Below are positions 1 to 10,348 of a stretch of 29,032 nt of DNA, in pieces. A program made the position numbers and the translations under genes. Source of the stretch: Sarea resinae (lineage: Eukaryota); the NCBI GenBank assembly GCA_026026165.1, contig JAPEUD010000089.1, positions 62,001 through 91,032 of the forward strand, read 5' to 3'. The notes under the pieces are model-generated. The model did no database searches and had not been told where the DNA came from. It was given only the letters and a program-made list of their open reading frames with translations. Each line of letters starts with the position of its first letter. Positions within the stretch are counted from its first letter, which is position 1.

Positions 1-1977
1 GGGACCGGCACTGGCACCATTATCGGTGCATTGGTCTCCTTTGGATTCCAACACTACACAAGCAGGAGTTTCTATTCGTGGCAGATCATGTTTTTGGTAA
101 TCGGACTCATCACAATGGTGATCGGTCTCGTCGTCTTCCTCTTCCTCCCTAACAATCCCATGTCTTCGCGCCTCTCGCACGACGAGAAAATCTACGCCAT
201 CGAACGCCTGCGCTCAAACCAGACGGGAATCGAGAACAAGCACTTCAAGCCGAAGCAGATGGTGGAATGTCTCAGGGACCCGCAGACCTGGCTGCTGAGT
301 CTGATTACGATCGCGTCAAACGTGCCGAATGGGGCTGTCAGTAGTTATCAAGCGACGATCATCAAGGGGTAGATAGACCGTCTTCTTCTTCTTTTCCTCC
401 ACGACATCGATCTCCCACTGATATTCGTCCCCCAGCCTCACGATAAACAGCCAGATTACTGACCTATATACCTACAAGCTTCGGTTACAACTCAAAACAA
501 ACGGCGCTCCTCTCCATCCCCGGTGGTGCCGTATCCATCGTGTCGATCCTGCTCGCCACCAACTTCGCCGCGCACTACAGCCAGCGCGCTTACTCGATCG
601 TGGTGCTACTGCTTCCCGGGATCCTTGGCGCCGCACTGATGGCATTTCTTCCCGACGGGCATAAGGTTGGGAAATTGATCGGGAACTATCTGACGAATTG
701 TATCGGCGCGAGTGAGTGAATGCTTTGAAAGCGACTGAAGTTGTATGTGTGAGAAAGAGAGAAATGGACAGGCTTGCTGATTTCGGCGTGACTTATACAG
801 GTCTTCCACTCCTCTACTCCTGGGTCGCCGCCAACTGTAAGTCTGACTATCCTACCCCCTTTTCTCCCTTGACGCTTGCCCTCTCTTCTCTCTGCCGTCT
901 ATGTGTCCTCTCCAGCTAACGCAACCTTTTCGATACAAAAAGTCGCAGGCCACACTAAGAAGGTCACCATGAATGCCATTCTTCTGATGTATATCTCTCC
1001 CTCTCAACTTCCATCCGCGTATCTCCCCTCTCCTCTGACTCTTTGAATCTCCTCCTTTTCTGTACCCAATTTCCCCGCTGCCAATCCTCTCTCAAACCCC
1101 TTCACCCAACTCTAACTCAGCCATTCACACCCCAGGTCCTTTTGCACGGGCAACATCATCGGCCCGCTCACGTTCCGCAAAGCAGATGCGCCCAACTATA
1201 TCCCGGCCAAAATCGCCATCATCGCCACGTCGGCCGTCGCGATCCTGTTTACTTTGCTCCTGCGCGGTGTCTATGTGCTCGAGAACCGGAGGAGAGATGG
1301 AAGCAGTAGAGGTGGTGGTGAAGGCAGCGAAAGTATAGGGGAAGAAGTCGGTGGAGATGGAGTTCGAGCTGGCGATGGCAAAGCCAGCTCGCTCGTCGTC
1401 GCCGCTGTCTCGGCTCCGCACCCAGACCCAAGCCCAAAGCCAGGCACAGACACAGGCACAGAGACATATCCCGAAGCAAACCCCATCGTAAGCCCCGATG
1501 GGCGCGAGAAGCAAGAGACGTCAAGAGAAAGAGAAGGAGAAAGTGCAGACAGCGGATTCATGGATCTCACCGACCGAGAAAACGGAGCATTTCGCGTACG
1601 TCACAGCGTCTCTCCCCTTGTCTTCCTTCCATCCCTTCTGGGCTTCCCTTTCTTTGGTTCTGCCTTCACTGTCATGCGTTTCCGCTTTGCTTTGCTTTCC
1701 CTTCTATCCCTCTCCCCGTCTCCCTCGGGCTACATACCTATCTGCCTATCTGCCGACACCATCCCTCTCCTCGTCCCTCCTATCTCCTCCCATTTACCAT
1801 AGCCTTCTCTCCCGCACAATCCCCGTCCCCAGCTCCAGCCTCAACACCAGCCTCAACACCAAACTTAACCCTAGCCACACCACCCATACCACCCATCACA
1901 GACCCCCAAACGGCGCAAGAAAAGAGGCTAATTCATACCCTGCCATCTCGGGGGCGGGTGACTAGTATCTTTTATAA
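1..1977 (+). CDS. MFS transporter, allantoate permease (Dal5-like, anion:cation symporter family); 5'-truncated by the window. Exons <1-368, 479-711, 801-836, 943-988, 1136-1595, 1966-1977
   Basis: The spliced frame gives ...LPNNPMSSRLSHDEKIYAIERLRSNQTGIENKHFKPKQMVECLRDPQTW...NGAVSSYQATIIKGFGYNSKQTALLSIPGG...YSWVAANFAGHTKKVTMNAILLMSFCTGNIIGPLTF...APNYIPA...ENRRRD...FMDLTDRENGAFRYLL*. These are typical Dal5-family motifs with multiple hydrophobic helices. All five introns are GT-AG with CTRAY-like branch sites. Confidence 0.88.
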
Positions 1978-2515
1978 TTCTACAGAATCTGAAGATAAGA
2001 TAGATACTAGGTGGGGGTAGGACTGCGCTTTATAGGTAGCTAGAAACGAGAGACATGAAAAAATAATAGAAAGCTAAGGGGAAAAAAAAAACATTGACAT
2101 TGCCTTTTTTTTTTCTTATCTCTGTCTTTGGGCTATATATAGAAACTATAGTACATACACGCTGAACAGTTAAATATAAAAACCTAATTTAAAAACCTAG
2201 AACCCCTTGACTGGTAGATATAAGACAGATGAAAAGTCTGAATCGCCGAGGAAAGCTAAGGTGGCTTGGCTAGGAGAACGCACTTCGATACTCTAGGTAG
2301 CTAGACTCCTTTTTTCTTCCTTTCTTTCTTTCTTTACTTCTTTTCTATTCAGGTTTAGTAAATACCTTGTCCTAGATATCTGTAGGTGTTACTTTTACAT
2401 AGGTTCAATTTTCAATTCTAATGGTGATTTTCATTTTTATTAGATTAGATTTCAAATTTTGTTTCTTAATGTTGTTGAGGTTTAAAGATATAACTGCATA
2501 GTACAGTATAGGATA

Positions 2516-2550
2516 GCACAGCACAGCACAGCACAGCACAGCACAGCACA
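2516..2550. repeat. (GCACA)7 pentanucleotide microsatellite
   Basis: Seven perfect copies read directly, embedded in a longer degenerate 5-bp-periodic tract (2496-2590). Confidence 0.95.
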
Positions 2551-2621
2551 GGACGGCAAAGCCTAGAATAAGATCAAATAGAATTGGCTAGATAGGTAAT
2601 CAGACACAAAACACGCCGACT

Positions 2622-2735
2622 AAAAGAAAAGAAAAGAAAAAAAAAGAAAAAAAAAGAGATAACACATGAAGAAAAAAGGAAAGAAAAAAAGCAAAAAGGA
2701 AAAGAAGAGGGAAAAGAAAAGGAGAGAGGAAAAAG
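2622..2735. repeat. A-rich polypurine low-complexity tract
   Basis: Runs of A4-A9 separated by G or GG. Confidence 0.9.
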
Positions 2736-2797
2736 TTCCCCAGTTCGCCGGTTTGATCGCCTATGCCTGAAAATTTCGTGATGCCCGAGAGTAGTAT

Positions 2798-2816
2798 TGT
2801 GTGTGTGTGTGTGTGT
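2798..2816. repeat. (TG)9 microsatellite
   Basis: Read directly. Confidence 0.95.
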
Positions 2817-3164
2817 ATGTGTTTCCCCCCGAATCCAAGTGCAAATGCCCGTACGTACCGTTTAATTTTTTGGAGAGAGGGAGAGAAAAAGAGACGGAAG
2901 AGGAAATGCGCCGAGGACTCTAGATGGAGATGGAGGTGTGGATTTGTGGAAGGGGATGTGGATGTGGATGTAGATGTGGTGGTGGTGGTGGTTGTTGGGG
3001 AGATCGAATCTGAGAACATGGATAGAGGGATCCAAAAAGAAGCACAACAGCAGGAAGAAACAGGAGGAACCCTCGACCAGCGCGACCTCTATATCTAGAG
3101 TCAAAAGGATCGGGGAATATGGGAGGGGATGCTAGAAATCCTCTGACATGACGCCGCCACTCGG

Positions 3165-5516
3165 TCATCGCTCCTCCACCTTCTGCTCCGTCTTCTCGAC
3201 CGTTTCCTCCTCCAGCGCCTTCTCCCCAGCCGTATCGTCCGCCACTCTCTCCTCTACGCCTTCCTTCTTCGCAAGCTCGGGCGCCTTCTCGCCGCCAGCG
3301 TCGGCTTCGGCCATTTCTTGGTCCTCGGCCTCAGCGACAACCGCTGCCGGTACGCCCGGTACTGCTGTATTAGTGGTTGAGGGGATGGTAGCAGGCGCCG
3401 GTACTGGTGCGGGCGGTGGTGAGGCAGGTGGTGTGGTAACTTGGGCTCCGGAGATTACGGCTGGCGTTTCCGGTTCCGCTGCGGTGGCGGTTGGGGCGGC
3501 CGGGGCGGTTGTGGTAGTAATAGGTGCGGGGACCTGCTCGGCCGGTGCGGTATCCATATCGACGTCGCCGTCATTGTCGACCGCTGCTGGCCCTGGTGAA
3601 GCGACCTGCGAGACGGCGCTGGATGTTCCCTGCGCCGCCGTTTCAGGGGCCGGAGCCCCAGCCGGCAAATCAGGGGGTGGAGTGCCAGACTTCTTCGCCT
3701 CGAGGATTTCCGCACCGACCTCTGCATTCGCTTCCGTTGCACGCTCGGTGGGCTCCTCGCCGTCTTGGCCTAGGACAACCTCTGGCGTGACGGCCCCGCT
3801 GTCGATGCCGTAGTCTGGAGCGGGATTCGGATTCTTGAAGTCCATGATGTTGCGTCTGGGTCTGTCGCCTGGCTGTTTGCGCACACCGTGTCTCCCAGCT
3901 TCGTCCTCATCTTCACTTTCGCTGAGCTCGCCGTCCTTCTCGACGTACTTGTCCCACCGCCGCTTGGTATGCCGCGTATCCTTATTTTCGTCTTCGTCGA
4001 GATCGTCGAGCATGGCATCGGCTTCATCATCCATTCCCTCTGGATCCCGTGGAACATCCGTCATTTGCACCGAAGGTACGAATGCCGTCCTTTTCAGATT
4101 CTCGATGACTGAAGCTTTGATCTTCTCGAGATATGCTGGCGTGTTGGCATTCTCCATGTTGGAGGGCCGAACATCAAGCTCAAAGTCTGGAGCGAAGTAC
4201 TATGGCAGATGTGAGATTGAGCAGGTCCATAAGTTAAGAGGAGATCCCTACCTCATAGTAATCGTTGTATGGCAAATCGGGGCCAATGTCCTCGCCTACT
4301 AGGAGTCCAGTCTCATATGCCCATGTTCTCGACACATTTCTCATAGTGTAACCTCCGCCTCCTACAACCAGCATAGGAATACCGAAACTTTTCACGTAAT
4401 TGACGCAATTTGCATGACCTTTCATACTGAGGTTAAAGCAGCCCAGTCTGTCTCCGGAGAGACTGTCTCCACCGCACTGTACAACCGCAGCCTCCGGTTG
4501 GTACCATTCCATGACGTTTTTGATGATCGGCTCAAAGATACTCTTGTAGGATGCGTCCGTAATACCGTCGCGAAGAGGTACGTTGACAGCGTGGTATTTG
4601 CCAGAACCAACTCCAATATCGCGGAGCTCGCCAGTGCCAGGGAAATATTCGCCGTACTTATGGAATGAGCATGTCATGACTCGATCGGTAGTGTAAAAGG
4701 CCTCTTCGACACCGTCGCCGTGGTGAACATCAATATCGACGTATAATACGCGTTTCTTGTACCGAAGCAGCTCGATTATGCCAAGAACAATGTCTGAAAA
4801 ACAGAGAATCAGTTAGGCTCAAGCTATCGCATCATATATCAGATGAGAATATGGCCTACCATTGACGTAGCAGAATCCGCTTGCTTCACTCTTCTTTGCA
4901 TGATGTAGACCTCCGGCCCAGTTAACGGCCACGTCGCATTTTCCGCGATTGAGCCTGGCTGCGCCCTCCATGCTGCCGCCTGCGCTAATCCCGCAAAACT
5001 CGAACAGCCCGTCAAACACAGGACAGTCGTCTCCAACGTTGTATTTGCCCTGCTCTTTCGCGTAGGCATCCATATTATCCGGCGTGACCTTTTGTAGGAA
5101 ATCGACATATTCGTCTGTGTGAAATTGGGTCATTTCGTAACGGGATGCTGGCTTCGCGCGCTGCGCCATCAAGAAAGTCAGCCAGCCCCTTGGTTAACCA
5201 TACAAATAGGGGCAAAGCAAAGAAAATAGTTTGGGCGCTCGGATGGGTAGTCCGCGCCGAATGACATCGAATAGCAACGATACTGCTCAAAATACACAGC
5301 AACGGCAAGCGCAAAGAATCAACGTACGTAGATTTCCATTTTCCTATAGAGTCCATAGTTCATGACGAGACTATGGGCCATTCGTATCCTATGGGGTTTC
5401 ATCGGATGCCCTGCAACGTATGCATAATTGCCCACGTCGGAATCGTAGAAATATGCGACCTTTCTTTTGGAGGCCCCATTTGTAATGGGCGGATCGAGCG
5501 GCGCAAGCCCGGCCAT
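3165..5516 (-). CDS. RPD3: Class I histone deacetylase RPD3/RpdA, 688 aa. Exons 5516-5328, 5160-4860, 4793-4252, 4199-3165
   Basis: Motifs present: [110 protein letters not shown]. Joined exons total 2067 nt in one open frame. The C-terminus is long and acidic/Ala-Pro-Thr-rich, as in filamentous-fungal RpdA. Confidence 0.97.
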
Positions 5517-6045
5517 GATATAAGGAAAAGCTCCAGAGGAGACAGCTTCAGGGAGAGTATGGTTCTCTATGGAGTCGTGTTGCAATAAGCGCTCGAGAGT
5601 GAGATGAGAGCTTGGTTACTGGTAAGTAAACTCGCAATGGAGGAGGATTGGATAAGATGGCAGTGGAGGTAAGTGGAATTTCGTACATGGTCCTTGTACG
5701 AGGCCCCAAAATGGCAGACATGAGGGACTGCCGATAGATCGAACTAGTCCTTATCGGGCTAGTCGACGACGAAGCTCTAGGCGGCTCATATTCGGTCACC
5801 GTAGAGAGCTTACCTCCAATGTGTGCGTGTATTACACCAGCACCAGAATCATACTGTCAGTGCACATCATCAACGCGACCTCTTCATCCTCAGAAAGCCA
5901 ACCGTAACAGCTTTCAACTGGACCTACGTTGCTCTACAAACGGACTCACCTCTTCTCGGCCTCCTCTGTGATCCTTAGATCACGCTCCGCAAGGCGTCGA
6001 GGCTCGTAACTCAACAATCTCCCTCACAGATCCAGCTCTGCAAAG
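5517..6045. promoter_or_regulatory. Divergent (bidirectional) promoter interval shared by RPD3 and RPN11
   Basis: 529 bp separate two head-to-head start codons. No specific binding site can be assigned. Confidence 0.6.
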
Positions 6046-7294
6046 ATGGACCGATTAAATCGAATGCTCCAGGCGGCAGGGGGAATGGGGGGTATGGGTG
6101 GAGCAAGTCCAGGCCAGGTAAGCTCACTTCTTCTGGAAGTCTCATCGAGCTTCTCGACTTGACAGTCTCTACGCCACACCTTTTCAGGCAATCCATCTGA
6201 CATATGATGCTTTTACAGGATACCAACATCATAGATAACTCCGAGACTGTCTACATCTCCTCCTTGGCTCTCCTGAAGATGTTGCGGCATGGCCGTGCCG
6301 GCGTACCGATGGAAGTGATGGGTTTGATGCTGGGGGTGTTCGTCGATGATTACACTGTTCGGGTAGTAGACGTGTTTGCCATGCCACAAAGCGGTACGGG
6401 TGTCAGTGTCGAGGCAGTAGATCCTGTGTTTCAGACGAAAATGATGGACATGCTACGGCAGACTGGCAGGTGAGGGAACTTCTTCTCATGTTCCCTTGTA
6501 CGCCAAGACTGACTGTCATATAGGTCTGAGACGGTCGTGGGATGGTATCACTCTCATCCAGGCTTTGGATGCTGGCTCTCTTCGGTTGATATAAACACCC
6601 AGCAATCCTTCGAGCAATTGACACCTCGCGCTGTTGCCGTTGTCGTCGATCCTATCCAGTCAGTCAAGGGTAAAGTCGTCATCGACGCTTTCCGACTCAT
6701 CAACCCCCAGACTCTGATGATGGGCCACGAGCCACGCCAAACTACCTCGAATTTGGGGCACCTTAACAAGCCGTCGATTCAGGCCCTGATCCATGGACTC
6801 AACAGACATTATTATAGCATAGGCATTAATTACAGAAAGACTGGTCTCGAGGAGAACATGTTGATGAACCTGCACAAGCACGTCTGGACGGAGGCGCTTC
6901 AGATGGACGACTTCAGAGAAGAGGGAAGCAGGAACGAGGAGAAGCTCAAGAGACTGGTCGACTTGGCAGAGGGCTATGAGAAGCGGGTGAAGGAAGAGAC
7001 CGAGCTGACCAAAGATCAACTCAAGACACGATACGTTGGGAAGGTGGACCCTAAGAAACGTAAGTCTTGTCAATCCCAGCGAATTCTAGATACGATTTGC
7101 CCATCGAAAGTTTTGGTGCTGAGCTTTGACTTGCAGATCTGGAGGATGTCGGCCAGCAGCTCATCGAAGACAACATCGTTTCCGTCTCGCGACAGATGAT
7201 CGACAAGGAAGCCTCCGTAGCGAGGACGGACGGTGACGCAAATGCAAACGGCAACCAGACCGGGGGTTCTATGGACGTGGATGAGGAGCTGTAA
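6046..7294 (+). CDS. RPN11: 26S proteasome lid subunit Rpn11 (JAMM/MPN+ metallo-deubiquitinase), 338 aa. Exons 6046-6117, 6219-6469, 6524-7059, 7137-7294
   Basis: Motifs present: [49 protein letters not shown], the JAMM motif [19 protein letters not shown], and KVDPKKHLE. Joined exons total 1017 nt in frame. Confidence 0.97.
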
Positions 7295-9984
7295 TCGGAA
7301 AGGATCTCGTTATGGACTTTGTACATTAGGCGCAGAAGTTCGCATGGTAATGTTCTTGCATGTCAGGCATCTACTCCGGAGTAGGAAGCAAAGGCATTGA
7401 TAGCACTCGGCTGGAATGAGCTCTCCGCGTGAAGCTGGATCGGCAAACTCGCGTGCAGAGTACAACGCTTGCCGTCTTCTATTTGGGACGTGCGGGACGA
7501 AGGCAACGGTCTGGCTGGCCGTCGTGGATTGCGATATCAGGCCTCGAGCGAGCCAGGGTCGTAGACCAGCGAACCGCCATTCATGGACACGCTACTTCCA
7601 AGCCCAAGTTCATTAATTGTCATTTCGTGCGTGCCGTGCAACTGCTGCTTTGGTTCTCGGTCGAGTAGTGCTCTACGTGATGAACTCTGAAGTTGGATGA
7701 TTTTCATTCTCCTCCAATGCACGCGTGCCGAAGGAGACACAGATGATGATCATCACAATGTCGATAATTGGGATATGGATCCTTCCAGTATGGTATGTAC
7801 GAGTCGAGAGCATGTACTCGGAGTATGTAAACAACTAGCTACCAGTGCGGGCAGACACCGAGACCCTAAGGCAGGCAGGCACATAAGTCTGTGTATGTGC
7901 CGGGTCGCGCTGCAATATCAGGTTCTCTATGCCTGCTCTGTTAAGGTGCCCCCATACCAATGAGGGAGAGCACAGAGCGTGCTTGATAAGGTAGGTATCT
8001 ACGCAGTAGGTACTCTGGAGTACTTGGAATCGGTTAAATAGGTAGGTAGCTCCAGCTGGGTCGAGGGGTGTCTCAGAGGAGGAGTGCCTGAAGAGGTTAT
8101 CCCGAGTCTCACTCCTGCACTGGAGAAAGTTCTCATAGGTACCTCCAGTACTCTACTATCACGAGTACTCCATACTCTGCTACTGTCCACTGGTGCCGCA
8201 GACGATGGCGGCGCCACAGAGTAATAGCGTGCTCGCGTCTTTTCTCTCGTGCTGGACTCGCTACTTGTCTGGCCTGCTAGTTACCGCCCGTGAAGTAGGT
8301 ACCCGTCTGTCACTGTGGTCGTGTATCTGCTAGCTTGCGGCAAAGACCGCAATTTGAAGGATCATCAAGGTACTGACTAAGGTACTCTGCGGTACTTCTG
8401 TCACTGCTCACGCTCATTGGTGGCACCTACCTGTAATAATCGATGGGTTGGAACTGTGCCGCCGCATACGCAGTGACGTCAAAGCTGTTGGGAAGAGCGC
8501 CGGATGGCGGATGGCGGATAGGATGGAACGCTGAGGTGCGTGCCCAAGACCATGGACGAAGTCGGCCGGGGACGATGGGGAGATGACGGGGCTCATGACC
8601 GGCGCCGACCGGTTGCGGCCCTGCATCCCTTCGAGTCATGGCGTTGGAAATGGTGATGTCGAGATGGATGATGCTTTTCGACCTAAGGTGGATGGTGGTG
8701 TTCATCTGCCTTGCCTACCTTACGGAGTACGGAGGAGGACGGAGTACGGATACCGTCACTCTATTCCCACACGCAGCATGTTCGTGCGCAGGGGAGAGAA
8801 AGATACTGTAGAGTACTCCGAGTACTCTGGAGGCGTCGACGATGGTGCACTGCTCCGGGCAGATGTGCCAATCAAAACGTGGTGGCAAGCAAGACAGAAC
8901 GCGCACTCCTTTCCTCGTCTCCTCTGGTTCTGTAACTGCAGAGGGAAGGGATGGGAAATTATTGGATGGGATGAGGTGTGATGGGTGATGTGATTGCTTG
9001 AACAATCGATATTACTCGCGTCGCACGTCGGTAATGGCGGTGGTAGTGTCGAGCAGGCCGGGTGGAGACGTGGGACTTGTGCAGGGCCTAACGCAGCTAA
9101 GAGGGAGGATGGCGCGGGTACCGTGGAGCTACCTGTGTGGAGCTGTCAGTTGTCAGTCGCAAGTAGCGGATGGCGTCGGAGAGCGGGGCGAGAGACTTGG
9201 AGACAGGAACGGCGAGGTAGCTGGGCGTACCGATGCCCTGAATGCAGACGGGTTTGGGATGGGAAAGGGGAGCGGTGATAGGTGATAGGGGGGGAACCGT
9301 GGCTTCTTTTCTTTTTCGCTCCTTTCCCCTCCAGGGAAGTCCGCTAGCCTTATCGCGCGATAACCGGCAGCCAGAACGAGACATACCGCCATCGCCGGTG
9401 CGAGTGACCTCGCTCTCCATATGATCGCACGGCCAGACCGAGGTACTGTCGCCCTGGGTCCAAAGTCACTCGACAGCTCCACACCCGACTCATTCATCCA
9501 CCACATCCACCACATCCACCACCTTGCGATCTCTCCTCTAGAGTAGGCCATGGGCAACAGCCGTCTTCGGCAAGAGTGGAATTGCATTCGATGAGGGATG
9601 ATATGGGGCCTCTGCCATCCATGCTCTTTGCCATGGCCATCGCCACTAGGAGTCCCCTACTGCTCCGAGTGCACGACTAACCACCGCTACTGTCTCCGTC
9701 CGTCTCTTCGTCAACGTCCACCCTCTCCCATCCCGCCCCGGCCACCCTCCCCCTCGGGCGTCTGCTCATCGTAGTGCGAGTACAGTGCTGGTAGCAACAG
9801 TGGAGTGCGTGAAGTTGCTGGGATATCCACCAGGGTAGTCGTCCATGTACTATGGAGTAGATGGCACTACTGCTCCTCCACCGTTATTACTTCTTTCCCC
9901 CCAATAGAGTACCTACTGGGGCCACCCTGAGAGTGGAAGAAGTACTTCAGCAGTATCCGCGTAGACTCAGGAGAAAGTGTCTGG

Positions 9985-10014
9985 CTGGTGTGTCTGGTGT
10001 GTCTGGTGTGTCTG
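9985..10014. repeat. (CTGGTGTGT)3 tandem repeat upstream of the DUF3405-like gene
   Basis: Three perfect 9-bp copies plus CTG. Confidence 0.9.
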
Positions 10015-10348
10015 AGAAACCCTCAACCTTCGACCGTTCCACTTAATTCTTCACTCCACACTCCTTCACCTGCCTCGACTCTCACTTCTTCTCCGCTTTC
10101 ACCTCAACACCCTCACACTCGTTTTCCCTTCTACCGTCCTTCGACTTGTTGGTGGAGTCTGTTATCCAATATCAAACGCTGCGGCAAGAGTTCCTCGATA
10201 CAGCCTTCGCTCGTTGTGATATCGTCAATCCATCTTGTCTACTCTACGCCAGGAGCGCTTCGAATCCAGAGTCCCTATCGGTATTTGTTGTGATGATCCC
10301 ATCGGCTTAAATCACCAGAGATATCAGTCCCCGACCGGTGCGAGGAAG

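Noticed and set aside
2600..3168. ORFs with poly-T/H/V/F translations; similar ones at 13198-14052 and 28745-28981
   Set aside because: They are translations of microsatellite and homopolymer DNA.
3148..3813. 221-aa + strand ORF, and other long antisense/alternate-frame ORFs (14042-14815, 15418-15915, 15833-16462, 16573-17133, 19100-19666, 27790-28431)
   Set aside because: They are shadows of GC-rich real genes on the opposite strand or in another frame, with low-complexity translations and no recognisable motifs.
5161..5327. Two small hairpins with an ANANNA-like spacer in RPD3 intron 1 (possible H/ACA snoRNA)
   Set aside because: The stems are too short and there is no ACA box after the second hairpin.
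5517..6045. Rpn4/PACE element (GGTGGCAAA) upstream of RPN11
   Set aside because: It is not present. A GGTGGCAA at 8881 lies downstream of the gene and is probably chance.
7677..7760. GTGATGA/ATGATGA C-box-like words (possible C/D snoRNA)
   Set aside because: There is no suitably placed terminal CTGA D box or terminal stem.
7416..10293. Many 60-144 aa ORFs in the RPN11 to DUF3405 interval
   Set aside because: No domain-like content or consistent splice chain was found, so I treated the interval as non-coding. A small gene or lncRNA cannot be excluded without RNA data.
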